NCBI GenBank assembly: GCA_918797485.1
Contig: CAKKNE010000006.1
Coordinates: 806,001 to 870,000 of the forward strand
Reading direction: 5' to 3'
From: Pelagomonas calceolata
Taxonomy: Eukaryota
DNA length: 64,000 bases
The notes beneath the pieces are model-generated. The model was not told the origin of the DNA. It did not search any database and saw only the letters and a list, made by a program, of their open reading frames with translations. A program made the translations under genes and the position numbers. This document shows, piece after piece, positions 50,819 through 60,587 of this stretch. Position 1 is the first letter of the stretch. Each line of letters begins with the position of its first letter.

Positions 50819-51961
50819 TCAGGCTTTGAGCGGGTGCGGAGCGGCATACGTCCGAAGGCCATGAGTCGTTTCTTTGACGATTGGGAGGGACACGTTGATG
50901 ACTGGGGGCGCGACGGCGCTCAGAAACGCCTCCCTGAAGCCCGCGGCGTCCACTCCAGTCAGAACCGTACAGCGCCGCTTCCGCCCCCCAACCGCGCCCG
51001 TGCGGTCGTCTATCTCATCGTCCGACGCCGACAGCGTGCGTCGATCCAGGAGACTGTGGCCGTTCGCCGCGCCGCCCACCGACACTTCCAGAGTTAACAA
51101 TTCGGTATCATACAAATCCGGACGGCGCAAGTACGCGACGGTGTGCGCGTCGTGCAGGACGGCTTTAGGACCGCACTCCTTCAACACAGTACAGTAGTTG
51201 CCGATGTACGTGCGCCACGCCTTGGCCAGTAAACGCTGGGCGACGCCCGCTTTATCAAGCTCGGACGCGACGTGAACATGATCCACCGCGCCGGCCATCG
51301 TCACATCGAGTGGGGCGATGACGAGCCGGTCTCCGTCATCGGACGAGAAGGCGTCCACGACGAGTCGCGCGGCCCGCGCGTCGTGGGCGAAGTTCGCCTC
51401 GGCCAGCGGCGAGACGTTGCCCGGGTGGCGCACGGCCCCGCCCATCACCAGCGTCCTTGTGACGAGTTCTGGTAGATGAGGCTCGAGGAGGTATGCGAGC
51501 GCGAGGTTTGTGAGTGGCGACGTCACAATAATGGTGACCTCGCCCGGTCGTTCGCGAGCCGTCCGCGCAATGAACTCGGCGGCCGAGAGCGTCTCGTCGA
51601 CATTACACGAAGGCATCCGCAATTCCTCGGGCGCTTCCGCGACGGAGCCGAGCCCATCGCTACCGTGCACGTACGAGCCGTCGTCAGAAGGTGGCGCCGC
51701 CTCGCCCAGCGCGTAGGGGCTGCCGACGTACACCGGCACGCAGGGCCTGCCGGCAGCGCGGAGCACGCGCCGCGCGTTCGCCGCGGTCTGCCGCACGTCG
51801 CCGTGGCACCCAAAGCTCGCCGCAACTCCCAACAGGTCGATTGTAGGATCCTTCGCGAGCCAGATGAGCGCGCTCGCGTCGTCGACGCCGACGTCGGCCA
51901 CGAGTACGACGGGCGTCCGCGCGGCGGCGGTGGCCAGGACTATCATCGGGAGCAGTAGCAT
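50819..51961 (-). CDS. Inosine/uridine-preferring nucleoside hydrolase with signal peptide
   Basis: DVGVDDASA, VHGSDGLG, SPLTNLALA, MGGA..GNVSPLAEANFAHDARAA, LHDA. Confidence 0.92.
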   Translation of the reverse strand: MLLLPMIVLATAAARTPVVLVADVGVDDASALIWLAKDPTIDLLGVAASFGCHGDVRQTAANARRVLRAAGRPCVPVYVGSPYALGEAAPPSDDGSYVHGSDGLGSVAEAPEELRMPSCNVDETLSAAEFIARTARERPGEVTIIVTSPLTNLALAYLLEPHLPELVTRTLVMGGAVRHPGNVSPLAEANFAHDARAARLVVDAFSSDDGDRLVIAPLDVTMAGAVDHVHVASELDKAGVAQRLLAKAWRTYIGNYCTVLKECGPKAVLHDAHTVAYLRRPDLYDTELLTLEVSVGGAANGHSLLDRRTLSASDDEIDDRTGAVGGRKRRCTVLTGVDAAGFREAFLSAVAPPVINVSLPIVKETTHGLRTYAAPHPLKA

Positions 51962-52502
51962 CGTAGATTCGGCCCTGTTTCACGAGCGAGAGGCGAGCTC
52001 GGAGCGTCTCAGGTGGCAGTGCTTACTCAGTGCACAACCTACTCAGTGGTAGCACGATGTCGACGCTGCCCCTTGCACAGGGAGTACCGCCGGCCGCGTG
52101 CGAGGCTGCCCGCGCAGTCGTACGCGCTCGTCTTGCGTATTCAGGCAGTGTCGCAGTCAGAGCACAGTCTGGCCCTTCCAGCACAGCGGCTTCGCCACAC
52201 CACTAGCGCGCGCAGCCCCACTCAGCGCGTGAGGCGTACCTCTGGGCGGGCGTCTCGATACCTCCTTCCGGGCCATGGCGAGGTTTCTCCGCAAAACTTA
52301 CTAGCCCGGCCAGTCTGGTTGGGCAGTGGCCTCCCAAAAGTGAGTGCCGAAAAACCGCATTCCTGAGGCAGTGGGCAGGGAAACCAGCGCACGAGACCAC
52401 GGACACCACGCGCCGCGCAGCCCCGCAACAGCATAGCCCGCATTGCCGCGCAACCCCCCAAAACAACAGCCACCTACATTTCATCGACACCGTACGCGCC
52501 GC

Positions 52503-53429
52503 ATGGGCGACTACGAGCTCCACTTCGCGGAGGAGGGCCGCGCGCCCTTTGGGCTGCGCCTGCGGCTGCCCGCCGATTGGACGCACAAGACGGCAAAGGA
52601 CCTCGTGGCACACTTCGTCGAGACGTACAACAAGAGCGAGGCGCCGCTGACGGGCGCCTACGGCCTCGTCGACGTGCGCACGGGCCGGTTCTACGCCGAC
52701 GACGCGTCGCTGGCGGACGTCGCACACGACGCGCCGCTGTCCGTTGCGCGCCGCGCACCAGCCGTGAAAGAAGAGGAAGACGTCGATGATGAGTACGCCC
52801 TCGACGAGGCTGCTGAAGAGGTGGACGCCGTCGACGACGAGGAGCCGCTCGAGGACTTGGTTGCGATCGGTGCCTTCGGAGGCGGCTACGCGCGGTCGAG
52901 AGCGCGCCTGCGGGCGGCGCTGCGCCGGCGGCGCCTGACCGTTGACGAGATCGTCGCGGAGAGTGCGAGCGAGGACGCCTCGGTGGCGTCGTCGGCGTCA
53001 TCCGACGAGGAGGCGTCCGACGACGAGGAGGACTACCGGCCGACGGCCCTGCCGCAACAGCACAAGGACTGGGGCGCCATCAACTACAAGAAGGCGCTGT
53101 GCCCCGACATGGTGGCCGGGCGGAAGTGCCCCCACGGCGCCGCGTGCACGTACGCGCATGCCTACGACGAGCTCCGCGTGGCAGAGAAAACGCCGCCCCC
53201 ACATGTCTGCGTCGGCGCCTCGACGGCGTCCCACGAGCTCGCGCCACCGGAATACTGGCAGATGGGCACGTTCGCCGAGGCGGGCCGCCAGGGGCCCTAC
53301 CTCTGGGCGCGCCTGGCGAACGGCGAGCGCCACGCCGTCACCGGCGTCGCCAGAAGACTCCGCCTGGCCGCACTCGCTCGACAGAAAACTCCAACGGTCA
53401 AAGTGAGCCGCTGCGGCGTGGGTTACTAG
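52503..53429 (+). CDS. CCCH zinc-finger protein
   Basis: NYKKALCPDMVAGRKCPHGAACTYAHAYDELR. Confidence 0.75.
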   Translation: MGDYELHFAEEGRAPFGLRLRLPADWTHKTAKDLVAHFVETYNKSEAPLTGAYGLVDVRTGRFYADDASLADVAHDAPLSVARRAPAVKEEEDVDDEYALDEAAEEVDAVDDEEPLEDLVAIGAFGGGYARSRARLRAALRRRRLTVDEIVAESASEDASVASSASSDEEASDDEEDYRPTALPQQHKDWGAINYKKALCPDMVAGRKCPHGAACTYAHAYDELRVAEKTPPPHVCVGASTASHELAPPEYWQMGTFAEAGRQGPYLWARLANGERHAVTGVARRLRLAALARQKTPTVKVSRCGVGY

Positions 53430-53459
53430 TCGCCTAGTCGTAAGCATGCGATACATAAC

Positions 53460-54443
53460 CTAGCTTATCCGCCCCACATCCACCACATCCCCGTCCGCGG
53501 CGATGGAACGGCGCAGGCCCCGCCCGCCCAGCACGACGCCGACGTCGGCGCCGCCATTATTTCGCGGCGCGAGCCAGACGTGGATCAGGCCGTCGACAAG
53601 TTCCAATTTTGTGGCACCGTCTTCATCAAAGGACGCCGCGCCGTCCTTCGACGTCACGAAGCAGGGCCCGCATCGCGACGATACGGAAGACGAGTCCAAA
53701 CCCTTGGCTCGCGCGGACCCTGGCTTCGGCGGAGACGAGAACGGCGGCTCCGTCGAAGAATCTCTTCTTTCAGCACAAACGACGCACGAAATGATTGTGC
53801 ACGAGGCAGCATCAACTTTCACATCAACACGGATCCGATCCCCGAGATCCGAAGGCCCGAAGATCGTGCGCACATCAACAAAGGGCTGGCTCACCGCCGA
53901 GCCGCACTCGCCCGACGGCCGTCTGGGAGAGTCCGCCGCGAGGATGCCGTGTGATGAGGCGACGACCCGACACGACGCCAAGTCCACACCCCAGGAAAAG
54001 GGCGCCACGGCCACTTCGTCCGCCGCACAGCCCGCTTCCGGTAATACCCTAAAACCGCTCCGCTGCCAGAGCGAGTCCTCGCCACTATCCTCCACAAAAG
54101 TCTCCCAGCCGAGCGGCGACTGGCCCCACTCCCGCAGCTCCTCGGCGACGTAGGCGTCATCTAAAGGTTTTGGCCGGCCGGTCCTGGGATCGAAGCTGAC
54201 CTCCCATCCCGCCCAGCATCCTTTTTGCGTCGTGAGTAGAGTGCGCCTTGCTAGAGAGGAAGCGAGCTCGGCGTCGGGCGGGGCCGCGACCATTTTTAAT
54301 GGAGGCTGCGGCGAGAGGCCGCGCTGCTCGAGGCGCGCGCGGCGCCGGTCGTTGTTGGGCGCGTTTGGTGGGCCCCGGAGCGCTGTAGCATCTTGGGCGA
54401 ACAGGAGTGAGATGAGGACGGAACATCGGATCGATGAGGCCAT
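53460..54443 (-). CDS. Hypothetical, probably plastid-targeted protein
   Basis: Signal-like VLISLLFAQDATALR followed by a globular region (WAGWEVSFD..ELREWG). Confidence 0.55.
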   Translation of the reverse strand: MASSIRCSVLISLLFAQDATALRGPPNAPNNDRRRARLEQRGLSPQPPLKMVAAPPDAELASSLARRTLLTTQKGCWAGWEVSFDPRTGRPKPLDDAYVAEELREWGQSPLGWETFVEDSGEDSLWQRSGFRVLPEAGCAADEVAVAPFSWGVDLASCRVVASSHGILAADSPRRPSGECGSAVSQPFVDVRTIFGPSDLGDRIRVDVKVDAASCTIISCVVCAERRDSSTEPPFSSPPKPGSARAKGLDSSSVSSRCGPCFVTSKDGAASFDEDGATKLELVDGLIHVWLAPRNNGGADVGVVLGGRGLRRSIAADGDVVDVGRIS

Positions 54444-54705
54444 CGCTCCGCGCGCGAGAGCTGCTGGGATTGCTGCCACTGCAGATGATATCTGTGACTT
54501 CCGCTGCTCCGACCTCGCGTAGGGCTCGCACCAGGGCTAAAGCCGTTCAAGAATGTCTCCCACGTCTGTTTATCTTGACCCGTAACGCCGTCGCGGCTGC
54601 GAATTGGGCAGCAGACGACCAGGAGGCTTGGATGTGCTGCTCTCCGGCCGGCCCGCGCGAACTTACGCGAACGAGTCAGACAGACACGAACCACACATTA
54701 TAGAC

Positions 54706-55605
54706 TTACGCCAACAAATCCATGCCGGGATCCCTCCGCAGCGCCTCCAGATCCACGACGACGGCGCCGTCCCGCCGCCTATACAATAACGCGGTGTGCC
54801 CCACGACCTGCGCGACGTAGCACGGCCGCCCGGGCCGATCCAGAAATGGCGCCACCTCGTTCTCCGCCAATGCTCGCGCGAGTTTCTTCTTTCCCGCGCC
54901 CGTTTTTAGCTTCACCAGTTCAAACGATTCGAGCACGGCGTCCAGTTCGGCCAAGGCCCCGGGCGAGGCGCCGTCGCGGCCGAACTCGAACCTCGCGACG
55001 TCCGGTCCAGCACGGACGGCGTGGGCCCGTAATGCCCTTGAATCTTTTCCAGGTAGAGACGGTCGAGAAAACAATTCCAATGGCAAGAGATATTGTTTCG
55101 AGGCGTCGTCCTCCTCTCCAACGAGAGGATAGAAGAGCACGCCCGGCGGTGTTCTGTCATCAGTGTCCTTTCTCAAGTTTGCTGAACCGCAGGCCGAGGC
55201 GTATTTTATGAAAACATTACCAATTATCTCCAAAGGCTTCCCGTCGACGTCGGCGCCGTGGAGCAAGCCCTTCGTGAGTTCCAAGGCCTGGACCCACTCC
55301 TTCAAGGCTTTGACGGCGTCGCTTTGTTGTGGGGCCGCGATGCCTAGCCGGACTTCTCGACTCGCCGCGACGAGCGTCCTCACGGCGTCGCGACATTCGT
55401 CGTCCTCCGTCGGCGGGCAGCAGCCGCACTGCTTGTCCCTTAGTCTCAAAAGTTCGGCGGCATCAACGATTTCTGTTGTTGGTATGTCGACTGCTGCTAG
55501 CCTCAGCTTTAGTGCTCTCTTGGTGGCCGCGGAGCGGCTCTTTGGGCAGTGACAGCGGATGCGCGGCAGGAGCGCGGCGTTGAGGAAGAGTAGCTGCGCT
55601 CGCAT
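54706..55605 (-). CDS. CRM (CRS1/YhbY) RNA-binding domain protein
   Basis: RALRAHA..FGRDG..LDAVLESFELVKLK..VAQVVGHTALLYR. Confidence 0.75.
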   Translation of the reverse strand: MRAQLLFLNAALLPRIRCHCPKSRSAATKRALKLRLAAVDIPTTEIVDAAELLRLRDKQCGCCPPTEDDECRDAVRTLVAASREVRLGIAAPQQSDAVKALKEWVQALELTKGLLHGADVDGKPLEIIGNVFIKYASACGSANLRKDTDDRTPPGVLFYPLVGEEDDASKQYLLPLELFSRPSLPGKDSRALRAHAVRAGPDVARFEFGRDGASPGALAELDAVLESFELVKLKTGAGKKKLARALAENEVAPFLDRPGRPCYVAQVVGHTALLYRRRDGAVVVDLEALRRDPGMDLLA

Positions 55606-55979
55606 CTTGCTATAACGCGTTCTCTAGCTCCTTCTGCGCCGCTCTGTCCTTCAAGAGGTCGACAAAGCCAGCACGCTCCCCCCCTAGTGCCTGTGTTACG
55701 CTGGCATTGCATTATAAAGATTGAGTCGAACCTCCGCGCATCAGCACCTCTCCTATGAGTCCTACGTGCAGGGAACTTCAGCGTCATTCAGGCTCTCTGT
55801 CTGGCATTGGATGGGAGATGGATGGGTGCTCTGCCAAGTCCTGGGCAGCCAGGCCGCACTCACGCTTCGGTTGAGTGGCAAAGAGTGATCACGCTTCCAT
55901 TTGTTGCGGCTGCTGACGAAGAGTGAGCACTGCGTGCCGCGCAGCCCATTTGGGGCAGCCTACAGACGCCATCGACGCG

Positions 55980-57017
55980 ATGAGAACGGCCGCCCTCGTC
56001 GCCGCCGCCGCGGTGATCAGCTACCTCGACCATGCACAACAGGACCGGACCCACGGCACCTGGATTGGTACGACACCACGCTATCAAACATATGGCGACC
56101 GCGCGAAGCCGCCATTGGTCGTCATCCCGGGCTTGGACGGCTGCACGGTCTTCTTCCAGGGTGTCGTGCCGGAGCTGGTCCGCGACTTTTTTGTGGTAGT
56201 GTATGACTTGCCATTGTATGACGGTGGTCAAAATTACACATTCTCGTACCTCGCTAATGACGTCGCGGCAGCGCTCGACGAGCTCGCCATCGAACGCGCC
56301 TCTATAATTGGTGAATCTTTTGGCGGCGTCGTGGCCCAGCATGTGGCCTTGGAACACTCTGAACGAGTTGAGGCGTTGGTGCTGCTCTCGTCGCTCGCAA
56401 AAACCGAGCTCACCGCGGTCGTCAAGTTCAAGCTCCACTGTCTACTCCCACTCGTCGAGTTCTTGGGACGGGCGTTCCCTGGCATAGCCCAGACGATCTT
56501 CGCGAAAGTCCACGCGTCTGACGTCGTGGAGGCCTCCGAGCCGGCCTGGGCCCGCAGCCTCTTCGTCAAGGAGGCGTCCTGGGCGCACCACGCCAGCGTC
56601 ATGCAAAGGATTAAGATCGTGGCGGCGCTGGACATCGAAGACCGCGTGCCGCGTATCGCGGCGCCCGTGCTGCTCGTCCGCGGCGCCGATGATTCGTTCA
56701 CGGGGCATACGACCGCTAGACTCCGGGCTCTATTACAATCGCGTGGGCAAGTCGGCACGTTCCCCGGCGGAGCCGTCGACGTCGTCACGCTGCCCGGTGG
56801 CCATCTGCCGCACGTAACGTCTTCTGACCTGTTCGCCCGGGCGGTGCGGGACGCTCTATTTGTTGTTCACATGGAGAAGATGCCCGAATCAGAATGGCAC
56901 GCCAATTATGTCCGGGAACTGAACAAAAATCCTTTCTTTAACACGACGGATGTCGACATCGCTTTGACGTCGGCGGGATACATTAGCTGGCGGGCGGTGG
57001 AGGAGTTGAAAAAGTAG
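55980..57017 (+). CDS. Alpha/beta hydrolase
   Basis: PPLVVIPGLDG, IIGESFGG nucleophile elbow, GADD, GGHLPH. Confidence 0.85.
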   Translation: MRTAALVAAAAVISYLDHAQQDRTHGTWIGTTPRYQTYGDRAKPPLVVIPGLDGCTVFFQGVVPELVRDFFVVVYDLPLYDGGQNYTFSYLANDVAAALDELAIERASIIGESFGGVVAQHVALEHSERVEALVLLSSLAKTELTAVVKFKLHCLLPLVEFLGRAFPGIAQTIFAKVHASDVVEASEPAWARSLFVKEASWAHHASVMQRIKIVAALDIEDRVPRIAAPVLLVRGADDSFTGHTTARLRALLQSRGQVGTFPGGAVDVVTLPGGHLPHVTSSDLFARAVRDALFVVHMEKMPESEWHANYVRELNKNPFFNTTDVDIALTSAGYISWRAVEELKK

Positions 57018-57092
57018 CCCCACTTCGCGATTGCTCTAGAGAAGATTAAGTGTGCTTTCTGTTACGTTGCTAAGCCTAGACGGCCGTTCTAC

Positions 57093-57120
57093 GCTAGCGG
57101 CCGTAAGACACTAGCAAACA
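57093..57120 (+). promoter_or_regulatory. Recurrent upstream motif copy
   Basis: gctagcggccgtaagacactagcaaaca. Confidence 0.6.
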
Positions 57121-57312
57121 AGCAGGCGCAGGCTGGACAGCCGTGTCGTAATAGGCCAAAAGCATACAAGACGACGCTGTTTTGGTGCCTGACGGGACGT
57201 CTACACTCGGCTGAATACCCTGCGGTCACGGCAGAGAGCTCCGCGACGCGTGTGTTGAGCTGACGTGCACGCTCTCCGAGAGGCGCTTGAGTAAATCAGC
57301 GCAATCTGCCGC

Positions 57313-58942
57313 ATGACTCGCCTCCTGACCACCTTCCTGATGGCGAGCAGGGCGAGCGGCCTCGCTGGAGGCTTCCTGAAAAAGGCAGCAGACACGCTGC
57401 GCGCCGCGTCCGGCGGCCCACCGCCGCCCGCACTCCAGCTCGACGCGGCGCCGAGTTGGGAGACCCTGCAGCAGGAGCTCGAGAAGCAGACGCCCGCCGA
57501 AGAAATAGAGATAGCGCAACAGGTCGCCGCTGGTCGAGGGCCACCGACGGCATCCGCCAACTTGCGCCTGTTCGACGCCCCCGACGGCTACGAACCTCGA
57601 GTGACGCTGTATAGAGATGGGTCAAGTTGGTGCCCTTACTGCCAGAAAGTCTGGATGCAGCTGGAGGAAAAACGCATACCCTACAAGGTCGAACGCTGTG
57701 TGGAAATCAACCAGCGTGTTGGGTGCGCCGACGATTCTTCAGTTAAGTCATTTCTCGGCGATGACGCGGCCGTCCTGGCTCGGTCGAGCAGTGAGGAACC
57801 GGCACCGCCACGCCACCGAGCAGGCGTCGCGTCGATGGCGTGGAGGACGACGCGACGACGCAGCACGAACGCGCCGTAAAATTTTGATTTCCACACAGGT
57901 CGAGCGCATTAACATGCGCTGCTACGGCGAGAAGCCGGCTTGGTTTCAAAGAGAAACGGGCGGCCTGCTCCCCGTCGTGCGCCTCGACGGCGACCTCATC
58001 ACGGACAGCGTCTCCATCATGTTCGCTCTGGAGCGAGCGTTCGCCGACGACACGGAGTCGCTATTGCCGCCGGGCGGCCTCGACGAAATAAGACCGCTCA
58101 TGAATCTGGAATCCCAGCACGCCGGCGCCTGGCTCGGGTGGTTGCGAGCCCCTCCTGGTGGCGGCGGCGGCGCTCGTAGTAATTACGAACGCGTGCTCGA
58201 GCAGATGGACGGCGCTTTATCATCAACCTCTGGTGGATTTTTTCTCGGTTCAGAGCTATCTTTGGTAGACTTGTTGTTCTGCTCTTTTCTAGAACGGGCC
58301 GAGGCGTCTCTGTTGTACTACAAGGGCTTCCGCGTGCGCGATTCTACAAAGTATCCAAATATATGTGCCTGGTTCGACGCCATGGAGACGCGACCCTCGT
58401 TCCGCGCCTCGCAGTCCGACTATTATACACATGCGATGGACCTGCCGCCGCAGCTCGGGGGCTGCTCGGCGGAGTCGGGCGGCGAGGCTCAGAGAGCTCT
58501 ACTCGATGGAGGCGAGTGGACCCTCGCTTCCCTATCACAACAACCGCTCCAGCCGCTGCGCGATGATGATGCAAGCGCGGCGAAGCGTCGGGCCGCGCGG
58601 CAGTTGATCGGGAATTACAAGCGGGTGGTCCCCTTCGCGTGTCGCGCCCACGCGCCGCCGGGCGTGCCGCCGGTCATGGCGCCGCTCGCGGATCCGAACA
58701 ACGCGTCGCCCGTGCGGTGGCACGAGGACGACGTCGATTGTGCGCTGCGGCACGTCGCCCATTCTTTATTGAGGGAGCCGGGGTCTATTCCATTGCAGGA
58801 CGGCGGCGACGACCCGGCGCCGACGGCCCGCGCTTTGGAGTACCTGCGGAAGCGCGTCGGCGTGCCGCGGGACATGGACTACGAGGCGGCGCGGCAGTTC
58901 CGCGCGCACCTGTCGCACGCTATTGATGAGCTTGTTGCGTAA
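57313..58942 (+). CDS. Glutathione S-transferase (CPYC type), probably plastid-targeted; join(57313..57687,57899..58942)
   Basis: [64 protein letters not shown]. Confidence 0.9.
57688..57898 (+). mobile_element. Introner-like TIR intron, family A (211 nt)
   Basis: gtcgaacg + ctgtgtggaaatcaa...ttgatttccacacag + gtcgagcg (TSD 7/8); internal sequence is homologous to 5878-5995. Confidence 0.92.
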
Positions 58943-58964
58943 CACAGTATTAACATTAGTTGGA

Positions 58965-60242
58965 TCATCGTCGGTTCAGCACGGCGAATGCGCCGGCCGA
59001 CGCCACCGAGGCGCCGGCGAGGCCCGCCAGCGCGGCGGGCGCGCCGAAGGCGTCCGCGAGGAGCCCGAGAGCGAGGGGCGCGCCGACGAACCCAACGTCG
59101 CCAGCTGAGCGAAACGCGGCGAGCCCGAGGCCGCGCTTTGCCTCAGGAACGAGGTCCGCCGCGTAGGCCGGAAGCGTCGGCCCGAGGGCGGCGGTCGAGA
59201 GCGCCCAGAGCGACACCGCGCCCAAAAACGCGAGCTGGTCCGGCTGCCCCGAGGTCTCCGCTTGTAGCGCGACGTACGCTACCGCTAGCACGGCGGCCGC
59301 CGAGCCCACGAGCGAACCACAGACCACATACCGTTTATCATCGATCTTGTCCGAGAGCCACGACGCGGGGCCAACGCCCAACAGATCCGCCATGGCCATG
59401 GCCCCAAATAGCTGTCCGAGCTGCAATGGCGTGTACCCAAACGTCTGGCTCGCGACGAGCGCGAGCAGGAGATTCCGGCCGCCCTGGCGCAGCGCGAAGG
59501 TCGTCGCGTGCGCTAGCGCGGCCGACGCGAACGGCGCGTCCGCGAGAACGTCACGGAGCCGGCCCGTCTCCTTTTGCTCCTTTTTCTGTGGCGTCGTCGC
59601 CGGCTTCGTCTCCTCCAGAGCGCGGAACGCATGCACCGCTGAAAGGAGACCGAGGCCGGCCACCGCGTAGAAGGGCGCCCGCACGGACAGCTCGGCGCCG
59701 AAGCCGCCTAACACCGGGCCGACACTGACACCTACGAGAAGTGCCGCGTGGTTCAGTCCGAGCACGCGGCCTCTTTGCGACGGCTTGGCTACGTCGCTGA
59801 GATAGACTTGCGCGGTTCCGAGATACGCGGCGGAGCCCGCGCCGGCCACGAATCTTGCTGCAGCGAACGAGGTGGCATCCGGCGCGAGCGCAGACGCCGC
59901 GTGTCCGGCAGCATTCAGCAGCGCGCCGCCGACGAGCAGCGGCTTGCGGCCGACGCTATCCGCGGCCAGCCCGACCGGCACGTTTAAAGCAAGCCGGGCG
60001 AGTCCGAATGTGCTTAGAGCGGCACCGACATCCGCGGCGCCAGCGCCGAGCGTCGTCGCGAGCAGCGGCACGCACGGCGTCGCGACGCCGTGTCCCGTCA
60101 TCATCGTTAACGTGGAGCCACAGACCGCTGCTACTCGACCATCTCGCCACGGCGGCGCGTCTTTTGTCGCGAGCCGTCGCGCCGGCCTCGCCCAGGCGCG
60201 TCGCAACGCAGCGCTTGCGAGCAATGCACTGGAGCCCCGCAT
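58965..60242 (-). CDS. Major facilitator superfamily transporter
   Basis: GLAADSVGRK motif A, ARFVAGAG, RGRVLG, VGPVLGG; about 12 hydrophobic segments. Confidence 0.9.
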   Translation of the reverse strand: MRGSSALLASAALRRAWARPARRLATKDAPPWRDGRVAAVCGSTLTMMTGHGVATPCVPLLATTLGAGAADVGAALSTFGLARLALNVPVGLAADSVGRKPLLVGGALLNAAGHAASALAPDATSFAAARFVAGAGSAAYLGTAQVYLSDVAKPSQRGRVLGLNHAALLVGVSVGPVLGGFGAELSVRAPFYAVAGLGLLSAVHAFRALEETKPATTPQKKEQKETGRLRDVLADAPFASAALAHATTFALRQGGRNLLLALVASQTFGYTPLQLGQLFGAMAMADLLGVGPASWLSDKIDDKRYVVCGSLVGSAAAVLAVAYVALQAETSGQPDQLAFLGAVSLWALSTAALGPTLPAYAADLVPEAKRGLGLAAFRSAGDVGFVGAPLALGLLADAFGAPAALAGLAGASVASAGAFAVLNRR

Positions 60243-60408
60243 TTTTGCCAGGGAGAGCGGTGATGCTCTCTGGAGGCTTACGGCTGCCTACGAGCCTCTA
60301 CCGCGGCCGTCACCCGAGAAAGCTATGCATCATGGATCCCATATGTACCACAGCGGTCGTGACAATGCGTATATGGCAAATGCGTGGCGATGCAAAGTCG
60401 TGACAATT

Positions 60409-60430
60409 CCTAGTGTCCAACTACGCTAGC
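60409..60430 (-). promoter_or_regulatory. Recurrent upstream motif copy (degenerate; MFS/aldolase divergent gap)
   Basis: cctagtgtccaactacgctagc. Confidence 0.45.
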
Positions 60431-60587
60431 TCGCATAGGCGCGCCGGCGCGCGCGAGGTCGCTACGGTGCTTAGACGTTTCCTGCGTCAGTTTCAAGAAC
60501 GCTGAGACAGTTAAAAGCCCCGCCGACCATCGCTACGGCCGCTGCGACCTCTGTGAGCCAGCACCCGCAAAGCTGCCAAGCAGAGCC

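Noticed and set aside
6994..60430. The recurrent 26-bp motif as a CRISPR repeat
   Set aside because: Copies are kilobases apart in mixed orientation, with no spacer array and no cas genes, and the DNA is eukaryotic.
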